A stretch of DNA of 42,325 nucleotides. Source: Cyanobacteriota bacterium. GTDB lineage: Bacteria; Cyanobacteriota; Cyanobacteriia; Thermostichales; Thermostichaceae. The translations under genes were made by a program, and so were the position numbers. Below, piece by piece: positions 10,301-17,130 of this stretch; position 1 is the stretch's first letter; each line of letters opens with the position of its first letter. The DNA is taken from assembly GCA_033764955.1 (NCBI GenBank), contig JANRIL010000037.1, positions 1 to 42,325 of the forward strand, given 5' to 3'. The notes under the pieces were generated by a model. It made no database searches, was not told the DNA's origin, and worked only from the letters and a program-made list of their open reading frames with translations.

Positions 10301-11269
10301 AGCGAGGGTGGGCACAACAGCGGGCAAGGATTGTTCGACTTGTTTGAGAGCTGCTTCTAACTCTCTAGCTGTACTAAAGCGGCTGTTGGGGCTTTTTTCC
10401 AGACAGCGAAAAACAATCATTTCTAGCCCTTTAGGGATCCCTAATTCGGGGGGAAAAGGTTGGGGATTTTGCTGGGTATGAGCTTGCATCCATTGACTGA
10501 GGGAAGCTTGCCGAGTTAGCCGAAACGGGTTAACACCCGTCAACATTTCATAAAATACACAGCCCAAGCTATAGATATCACTGCGCCCATCCACCGACTT
10601 AAGACCCTGAAATTGTTCGGGAGAAGCATAGGCCGGAGTACCCCCAAATTTGCCCGTTTTGGTGATTTCTCCAATATCTCCATCACTTAAAAATTTGACC
10701 AGGCCAAAATCCCCCAGTTTGATGGTTTCACTTCCCATTGCATCTTTGATCAAAAACATATTGGCCGGTTTAATATCGCGGTGGATAAAGCGCACCGCCT
10801 GACCTTGGATTATCGATCCGGCATGAACCGCCTGTACAGCCGCCGCCATTTGGCGACTTAAATGAACCATCGTGGGCACATCAAAGTGAGATTTCTCCTG
10901 TAGGTGTTGCTCTAGGGTTTTACCAATAATAAATTCCATCACCATGAAGGGAACTTCTATGGTTTCTTCGCTACCTGCTTTGATCGAAACCACACCAAAG
11001 TCCACCACCTGCACAATGCGGGAGTCTTGAATACTCATGCAGGCTTGCATTTCTCGCTGAAATCTCTCCCGTAGGGTTCGTTTTGTCCCTAAGTTATAGT
11101 CGAGAATCTTGATGGCTTTGTAAATCGGCAGAGTCTTCTCAGAAAGCTTGCGATCCAAAGCCTTGTAAACTCGACCGGCACTACCTGCCCCTAACAAAGC
11201 TTCTAGGACATAGCGCCCCCCCTGCCCAATTGTTTTGTTAACCCAGGGATCCCGTTGTCGTGGTGCCAT
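7373..11269 (-). CDS. Membrane-anchored protein with two Hanks-type Ser/Thr kinase domains, a duplicated unknown domain and a bacterial PH (bPH_2/YdbS-like) domain
   Basis: Kinase 1 (~10340-11215): GAGSAG, AIK, HRDIKPAN, DFG, YASPE. Kinase 2 (~7390-8246): GRGGMG, VAIK, HRDLKPSN, DFG, YAAPE. Two hydrophobic segments ~8620-8795, followed by a PH-like LGNILGYGSVIV segment. Confidence 0.9.
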   Translation of the reverse strand: MAPRQRDPWVNKTIGQGGRYVLEALLGAGSAGRVYKALDRKLSEKTLPIYKAIKILDYNLGTKRTLRERFQREMQACMSIQDSRIVQVVDFGVVSIKAGSEETIEVPFMVMEFIIGKTLEQHLQEKSHFDVPTMVHLSRQMAAAVQAVHAGSIIQGQAVRFIHRDIKPANMFLIKDAMGSETIKLGDFGLVKFLSDGDIGEITKTGKFGGTPAYASPEQFQGLKSVDGRSDIYSLGCVFYEMLTGVNPFRLTRQASLSQWMQAHTQQNPQPFPPELGIPKGLEMIVFRCLEKSPNSRFSTARELEAALKQVEQSLPAVVPTLASPPAIPALATPELTEAQIGQLLVDHLSPYQIRPQAAWQEKTLNILLERLTHRPIAYEAMTNELTQYVRSLQISGIEYLHLTSRQRGSEEIDWSQDVELSLFQVIEDIPDSPLFNHQQPFGVALGGQEEQAVKVVETASLVEAEIIEFLEESLFKYNLRLQLLQEGKALNIMLNRLTDEPLDFEKVSLDVAYEIQAFRLTDIDTLIIFSRPFGTDLPDWKIQIDLRQSPIRLPAPAAVPSPVQPPSRPTPVVAPPPAALDPSLELTVPPLTASADPFLMPTVPQIPLHEMIKPVPHRLSDPPQPISMVPPTQPVESLHPTAHSVLFSDEELAHLDAQEDFFNLPEESAEPELEVLPELDLTSYCFIKNMMLIRTTLPPPPADVAQSLLFFHELSDTNKFRVLPSLVKIFNENQAPVLDGMLPFLRDWLQSVQNLDSQKFKTFAIWLSRYCADPPKAISEISAGLIPVVEAKLSNPPEAKTSGPASVKVGADPVLYQAKPHWLALSAPILLSIYLVLATVVIFPSPLSGSLLSLIGLDNLVLSIVFRIMVAASMVWVLRVLLKHKKSTVSLTRTKLIIIEHYLFEEASTEINLESLTSISVRPHWLGNILGYGSVIVAGHGFSVDPIDRMPNAAQIKNQIDFLRQQLVLNRQLEKMPAKEAVGNKPMISKPKEGKDSWAGVTLGEGRRYRLDSLLGRGGMGIVYKALDQKLSLTVAIKFMSTTGAADQSDRQRFQREMQACLNLQDNRIVRVLDFGIASEEGMGMDALPYLVMEYVSSPTLEQVLRKHSRLPMDRAVNIAANICSALQAVHTGVILHGKRVPLIHRDLKPSNIFLLKDAVGSETIKLADFGLVKFQGEASIESLSMTGDFRGTPNYAAPEQCEGHKNIDRRADIYSLGCLMYEMLSGTNAFGLNSKATVMQWLYAHVQTKPRAFTPSLGIPKPLERIVLQCLEKDPAARFSNVVEIKAALEQLKLSG

Positions 11270-11374
11270 GCAGAAGCTCTTGGTCTAAAAAAAGAAAGGC
11301 TTAGTCAATCTGGTATTGAAATCATCTCAGCTAACCAAGCAGGCTGGATGGGGCTGAGGGTGGGAGCGGAAACC

Positions 11375-13276
11375 CTAGCCAAACTTTAGCCTAAATCCCC
11401 GTTTCACCACCCCATTGGGCGGTGTTAATTGACCGAGGGCTTGGGTAAAGAAATCAGCAGTTTTTTGCTTGAGGATCCCTTTGTCCATCAATACGTCATA
11501 GATAGATTCCCCCTCCTGCATCTCCTGTTGAGCCTCTTGCAACTGGCGGCGGCTCACCAAACCGGAGGCTTCTAAATAGTCGGTGACTTGTTGAGAACGT
11601 TTGGGCTTGGGAATGTAGCCTTCTTCCGTAAAAAACTTAATGGTTTCCGGTTTCAGATCGGTGCAGGCGGCCAGGGAATCGGTAAACTTTTCTCCCTTCA
11701 CCTCCCAGTGGTGGAGGATGACCTTTAGATCTTCTTTGCTGATTAAATCAGCTAAGCGCAAGTGGGTCAGCACTTTTTGCACCCAAGGAGTAACAGAGGC
11801 CAGAGTTTTGGTGTCTTCCCCATCCAACGTCATTTGGATCCCGGAAGCCTGGGATCCCTCGCTGGCCGTCTCCGCCGCTGGATCCTTGCCAGAGGGGATT
11901 TTGAGAAAACCTCCTTGGTTTTTGGGTTGCTGTTGGGCTTGTCGCAGTTCGCCGAGCAACACTTCTTTCTCACGGGCTTGCTGATCCAGCTCCAGCTTGA
12001 GGGCGGCAATTTCTTGGCTGAAGCGGGTGGTAATTTGTGCCTGAGCTTCCAGTTGATTTTGGTATTCGATGTTGAGCTTGCGAGCTTCAGCTAAATCACC
12101 AATGAGCCGTGCTTTGGTGGATTGAATTTTATCAATTTGGGCTTGTTTCTCCACCATTTGTTCCTGAAGCTTCTGGATCTCCAGCCAGGAATCCTCTAGC
12201 TGTTGGCTAACATTATTCAGGTGATTACGGTTTTGTGTCTGTAAAAGCTCTAGTTCTTGAATCCGTCGTTGATTCATGCTCAGTTCAACGGTCATTTGCT
12301 GATTGATCAGTTGTTCCTGTTGATGGCTGATTTGAGCTGTTCTTAACTGATTTTGCAAGTCAGCAATAAATTGATGTAGGGTTTGTTCGCTATCAATTTT
12401 TTGTTGCAGTTGAATCTCTAGGAGCTTGATTCTTTGCTGTTCATTCGATTGAAAGCCATCAGTCTGACTTAGATAGAGATTGGGATCCCGATTTTGCTGG
12501 GCTTCAATCTTTTGTTGAAGATCATAGATTTGTTGTTGATATCCAGCAACCTGTCGGGCTAGTTCTTCAGATATAGACTGAACCTGTTGCTGTTTCTCGA
12601 TCTCTTGGCGTAACTGTTGGATTTGTTGTTGAAAGGTTGCGGCCTGGAGTGTTGATTGTTCTGCTTCCCGTTGAAACTTGCGCTGTTGGCTGACAAGTTG
12701 CTCAAGATCCTGAATGCGTTGTTGATAGTGATTGATTTGTTCTGCCAACTCTGTGGGCGCAATTTCTGACAAAATGTCACTACTGGTCGCCCCGTCCCAG
12801 TCCCCTTCGGGGATTTGTTTAAGAGAGAGTCGATTTCGTAAAATTTCCCAGGCATTTTTATCGGAATAGCGACGAAACTCCGCCTGTTCACCAATTAAAT
12901 GATCCAAAAGATCTCGATCAATCAACCCCTTTTCAATCAGAATCTCCCCCAGCTTCCGTTCGGGATTCTGGTTTTGTTGATGGATAACCCCTTGCAGTTG
13001 CTCAAAATCAACACAACCATAAAGTAATGTCAATTCTCCCAGGCGTAAGCGAGAACTAGGGACAAAGCTATACAATTGTTCAGGAGTAACCCAACCATGA
13101 CCCAGACAGATTTCTTCAAGGCGCATTTGATTTTCTGCCTTCTCCCACATTGCTTGCGCCAATTGGGAAGGAGTGAGTAGCCCAGCCTTGAGTAGGGATT
13201 CCCCTAGAACCTTCTCAAACTTTTCGTCTTCACTCTTCCCACTGAGACTACTCATACTTTCGGATACCTCTTTCAT
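11375..13276 (-). CDS. Gln-rich coiled-coil protein with N-terminal MshEN/GspE-N-like motifs and a related C-terminal helical domain
   Basis: Four RLGxxLLxxG(L/V)-type motifs in aa ~22-132, roughly 270 aa of Q/E/L-rich heptads, and a C-terminal YLEASGLVSRRQLQEA...DVLMDKGILKQKTADFF. Confidence 0.8.
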   Translation of the reverse strand: MKEVSESMSSLSGKSEDEKFEKVLGESLLKAGLLTPSQLAQAMWEKAENQMRLEEICLGHGWVTPEQLYSFVPSSRLRLGELTLLYGCVDFEQLQGVIHQQNQNPERKLGEILIEKGLIDRDLLDHLIGEQAEFRRYSDKNAWEILRNRLSLKQIPEGDWDGATSSDILSEIAPTELAEQINHYQQRIQDLEQLVSQQRKFQREAEQSTLQAATFQQQIQQLRQEIEKQQQVQSISEELARQVAGYQQQIYDLQQKIEAQQNRDPNLYLSQTDGFQSNEQQRIKLLEIQLQQKIDSEQTLHQFIADLQNQLRTAQISHQQEQLINQQMTVELSMNQRRIQELELLQTQNRNHLNNVSQQLEDSWLEIQKLQEQMVEKQAQIDKIQSTKARLIGDLAEARKLNIEYQNQLEAQAQITTRFSQEIAALKLELDQQAREKEVLLGELRQAQQQPKNQGGFLKIPSGKDPAAETASEGSQASGIQMTLDGEDTKTLASVTPWVQKVLTHLRLADLISKEDLKVILHHWEVKGEKFTDSLAACTDLKPETIKFFTEEGYIPKPKRSQQVTDYLEASGLVSRRQLQEAQQEMQEGESIYDVLMDKGILKQKTADFFTQALGQLTPPNGVVKRGFRLKFG

Positions 13277-13403
13277 CCGTAGTCTTACTGTTGCCTTATC
13301 TGTGCTACTCTAGCTTATCTATCAAGACAATACGGCAAGTTTGTTAAAAATCATTGTTAAAGTAACGCTTTGTGAGCTTTTGTCAAGTTTTTTATGAGTC
13401 CTG

Positions 13404-14444
13404 ATGCGAGGGGTTTGGTTAACCGTCACGGATTCAGAGGTGCTAACTAGGCCAGGGCAGTTGGCGGAGGCGCTTTCCTTCCTAGCTGATCATGGTTTTA
13501 CCACAATTTTTCCGGTGATTTGGCGGCAGGGTTGGACGCTTTATCCCAGCCGAGTCATGGCAGGCTATTTTGGCAATAGCAATCGTATTCACCCCGATCT
13601 AGCAGGCCGGGATCCCTTGGCCGCATGTGTGGAACTAGCCGATCCTTTGGGGCTAGCGGTGATTCCCTGGATGGAATATGGCTGGGTTGCTAGTTATGGT
13701 CAACAGGGAGGACATATCCTCAGGCGCTACCCAGACTGGGGGTTACGCAATCGCCAAGGCCAATGGGTTGTTAAAAACGGATTTGACTGGCTGAATGGGT
13801 TGTTGGAACCCGTGCAGACTTGGATGATTGCTCTGATCACGGAGGTGGTGACAACCTATCCCGTCCGTGGTATTCAGTTGGATGATCGGCTGCCCGCTAT
13901 GCCTGTGGAGGGGGGCTATGATCGCCTCACCCTCACGGCCTTTCGTCAGGTCAGTGGGATCCTGAATCCAGAGGAACGGGATCCCCTTTGGATGCGCTGG
14001 CGAGCAGAGGGTTTGACTCGTTGGTTAGCTAGCCTGCGAGCCGCCCTCACGGCCATTCATCCTCACCTCTGGTTGTCATTAGCCCCTGGTCCTCACCCCT
14101 TTGCCTATCAGGAGTATCTGCAAGACAGCCCCACCTGGATGCGGGCGGGTTGGATAGACGCGCTACATCCGCAGCTTTATCGCCGCCACGGCTCCGCCTA
14201 TGCTCGGTTGCTAGCATCCGCCGTCCTAAGGGTTTATCCTCCTAGCGAGTGGGGTCGGATTAGCCCTGGATTATTGATTCAGTCAGGAGCCTACCGCGCT
14301 AAGGGATCCCTGCTGCGACAGATGATGCAAGAAAATCGTCGGTATGGGTTAGGGGGGGAAGTGTTGTTTTTTTATGAGGGGTTGCGGCAGAGCAGAGGGG
14401 AGTTAGCGCAGGTGCTACGCAGCCTTGATTCAGAGGAATTCTGA
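13404..14444 (+). CDS. Glycoside hydrolase family 10-like protein (DUF187/GHL10)
   Basis: RGVWLT, TLYPS, GRDPLA, VIPWMEYG, GIQLDD, YLQDSPTW, PQLYR, LFFYEGL pattern. Confidence 0.85.
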   Translation: MRGVWLTVTDSEVLTRPGQLAEALSFLADHGFTTIFPVIWRQGWTLYPSRVMAGYFGNSNRIHPDLAGRDPLAACVELADPLGLAVIPWMEYGWVASYGQQGGHILRRYPDWGLRNRQGQWVVKNGFDWLNGLLEPVQTWMIALITEVVTTYPVRGIQLDDRLPAMPVEGGYDRLTLTAFRQVSGILNPEERDPLWMRWRAEGLTRWLASLRAALTAIHPHLWLSLAPGPHPFAYQEYLQDSPTWMRAGWIDALHPQLYRRHGSAYARLLASAVLRVYPPSEWGRISPGLLIQSGAYRAKGSLLRQMMQENRRYGLGGEVLFFYEGLRQSRGELAQVLRSLDSEEF

Positions 14445-14500
14445 AGATTTTTGTTCGCCAGAATCCATGCTGATTTGTCTGAGCTGCCTAACTAGAAACG

Positions 14501-14824
14501 TTACGCCTCGATGATCAAATCGTCGGCACTAACGGCGGTTGCGCCTTTAACCATGCCAGCGACTTCTATCAGTTTGGCCTGAAGAGCTGGGCTGGTGACC
14601 TTACCCTTCAGAACCACCGTGCTACCCGTCTGAGCCACCCAAACCGTTTCAATATCTTGCAGTTCGGTATACAGATCAAAAGTGGCGGCCACTCGCTTAG
14701 CCAAACCATTCTGATCGTATTCCCCATTCAATCCCTGCCGCTCTAGGGGAACGTCCTCGGATGCGGTCGATGAAGCTGGTGCTGTGCTGGGGGTTTGCCC
14801 AAAAAGCCGACTTAACCAAGCCAT
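14501..14824 (-). CDS. BON-domain (OsmY-like) phospholipid-binding protein
   Basis: GLNGEYDQNGLAKRVA...VWVAQTGSTVVLKGKV...VKGATAV, the conserved cyanobacterial BON protein pattern. Confidence 0.8.
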   Translation of the reverse strand: MAWLSRLFGQTPSTAPASSTASEDVPLERQGLNGEYDQNGLAKRVAATFDLYTELQDIETVWVAQTGSTVVLKGKVTSPALQAKLIEVAGMVKGATAVSADDLIIEA

Positions 14825-15126
14825 AAGGTCATCCTCTGGAGAGTCCTTACTTTCTTATACGGGAGAGGGGGTAATTTTGTAAATTCCAAAATACAGGATA
14901 TGACACTCATGCCTGGGGTTGCTATGAAATTTTTGACCGAAATCGAGGAAATCTCAAGATTCTCACAGATTCAACGGAGGAAATCTAGCAAGAGAAACAA
15001 ATTCATTCGGGTCTATTCAACTTTGACAAAATCCTACATCGACTATACTGGGGGCACGCATGGGACGGTCGGCGGAATGGTTGGCGATTGACGATCCAGG
15101 AAGCCGTGTTGAAAGGGGTAAGTGCT

Positions 15127-16977
15127 ATGAATCATGGTTGCCACTATGGGGGCGAGGGTCGATGTCAATTTCGGGTGTGGGCACCCCTCGTGGAGCATGT
15201 AGCGGTCACCATTACCCCCAAGGCAGAAGGGGATCCCCTACCTGAACCGCTACCCATCCTCCTACCCATGACGAAAGATGCAGCGGGCTACTGGCAGGTG
15301 ATGGCTGAGCAGGTTTTTCCGGGCTGGTCCTATCGTTTTCAGCTCAATCATGCGGAAAGGCGACCGGATCCCGCCTCCCAATGGCAACCGCAAGGGGTAC
15401 ATGCCGACTCGGTGGTGGTGGATCAAGGGGCATTTGCTTGGCGGGATCAGGGCTGGACAGGGATCCCGTTGGAGGAGTGGATCGTCTACGAACTGCATGT
15501 AGGAACCTTTACCCCAGCGGGCACCTTTGCCGCCGCGATCCCCCGCATCGGGGAGCTGGTCAGTTTGGGGGTGAATGCCATCGAGCTGATGCCCGTGTCG
15601 CCATGTCCGGGACGCAGAAATTGGGGATATGACGGGGTTTATCCCTATGCGGTTCAGGATGCCTATGGTGGCCCCACCGGATTAAAGATGTTTGTGGATG
15701 CCTGTCATCGACAAGGCATCGCCGTCATTTTGGATGTGGTGTATAGCCATTTGGGACCAGAGGGCAACTATCTCAGCCAATTTGCTCCTTATTTCACCAG
15801 CAAATATCAAACCCCATGGGGGCAAGCGATTAACTTTGATGATCGCTACTGTGATCCGGTACGGGCGTTCTTTTTGGAAAACGCACTGTTTTGGCTAGAA
15901 AACTATCATATTGATGGATTACGGCTGGATGCAATTCACGCTATCTATGACATGGGTTGCCTACATTTTTTAGAGGAACTAGCCCAGCAAGTTAAAGCAT
16001 TCGCTCAACAGAAAAAACGACTCATTTATTTGATTGCTGAGAGCGATCTCAATGATGTGAAGGTGATTGCTCCGACTGCTCAGGGGGGTTATGGGCTGGA
16101 TAGCCAATGGTGCGATGATTTTCATCATGCCTTGCATCACTTAATCACGGGCGAATCAAATGGATATTATGCTGACTATAGAGGAGTTGAGGATCTAGCG
16201 AAAGCTTACCGAGAGGGATATGTTTATTCGGGTCAATATTCTCCTTATCGCTCTAGGAAGCATGGCAATTCTTCACTGGCTTGTCCCGGTCATCAATTGG
16301 TTGTTTGCATACAAAATCATGACCAGGTGGGCAACCGTATGTTAGGGGAACGGCTAAGTCGATTAACCGATTGGCAAGGATTAAAACTAGCCGCTGCCGC
16401 CCTACTGCTTTCTCCTTTTATTCCAATGATCTTTATGGGAGAAGAGTATGGAGAGACTGCCCCTTTTCTTTACTTTGTTGATCATGGGGATCCCGAACTA
16501 ATTCGAGCCGTTCAAAAGGGGCGACAGGTAGAATTTAAGGCTTTTGCGTGGCAGGGATCCCCTCCCGATCCCCAAAGTGAGGATACGTTTAATAAGAGTA
16601 AATTAACCTGGGAAAATCGCCGACAGGGGAGGCAAAAAATACTCTGGCAGTTTTATCAAGCGCTCCTGCAATGGCGGCGAGCAACCCCTGCTTTAGCTCA
16701 TCTTCATAAACAGGCGATGAAGGTAGGCAGTGATGATGCACAAAAGCTGATCTGGATTCATCGCTGGCATCACTCTAGCCAAGCCTATTATGTGATGAAT
16801 TTTGATCAGGAGAAAACCGCCACTCTAGACGTTAATGTCCCTAATGAAAAGTGGCAGAAAGTGCTGGATTCCGCAGAGGCAAAATGGCTTGGTCAGGGAT
16901 CCCAGGCTAGCCAATCCCTTTCGCTGGGAGAGTCCTTGGTGATCGCACCATTTAGTATGGTTCTGTATGTTGTATAG
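15127..16977 (+). CDS. treZ: Malto-oligosyltrehalose trehalohydrolase
   Basis: FRVWAP, PDPASQWQPQGVH, YELHVGTFT, NWGYDGV, GLRLDAIHAI, IAESDLND, QNHDQVGNR, FMGEEYGE. Start ATG 15127 has AAGGGG upstream; the ORF track starts at 15088. Confidence 0.95.
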   Translation: MNHGCHYGGEGRCQFRVWAPLVEHVAVTITPKAEGDPLPEPLPILLPMTKDAAGYWQVMAEQVFPGWSYRFQLNHAERRPDPASQWQPQGVHADSVVVDQGAFAWRDQGWTGIPLEEWIVYELHVGTFTPAGTFAAAIPRIGELVSLGVNAIELMPVSPCPGRRNWGYDGVYPYAVQDAYGGPTGLKMFVDACHRQGIAVILDVVYSHLGPEGNYLSQFAPYFTSKYQTPWGQAINFDDRYCDPVRAFFLENALFWLENYHIDGLRLDAIHAIYDMGCLHFLEELAQQVKAFAQQKKRLIYLIAESDLNDVKVIAPTAQGGYGLDSQWCDDFHHALHHLITGESNGYYADYRGVEDLAKAYREGYVYSGQYSPYRSRKHGNSSLACPGHQLVVCIQNHDQVGNRMLGERLSRLTDWQGLKLAAAALLLSPFIPMIFMGEEYGETAPFLYFVDHGDPELIRAVQKGRQVEFKAFAWQGSPPDPQSEDTFNKSKLTWENRRQGRQKILWQFYQALLQWRRATPALAHLHKQAMKVGSDDAQKLIWIHRWHHSSQAYYVMNFDQEKTATLDVNVPNEKWQKVLDSAEAKWLGQGSQASQSLSLGESLVIAPFSMVLYVV

Positions 16978-17002
16978 AATGTTGTATAGAATGTTGTATA
17001 GA
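16967..17002 (+). repeat. 12-bp tandem repeat (ATGTTGTATAGA x3) spanning the treZ stop codon
   Basis: Three exact copies at 16967, 16979 and 16991. Confidence 0.9.
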
Positions 17003-17130
17003 TTTCTTGCAGAAAAATCCTGACCAGCTTAGTTGTTTCGTATACAAATTCGCACATACACTCGCACCTAGTCTTTGTACGCATACCCGTTGTTGTTAAC
17101 TCAAAAGATGGTTTTTATGGATGGGATCCC

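Noticed and set aside
13340..13362. TTGTTAAA direct repeat as a regulator binding site
   Set aside because: Short and AT-rich; does not match a consensus I can name with confidence.
16967..17002. Repeats as a CRISPR array
   Set aside because: 12-bp contiguous copies with no spacers and no cas genes.
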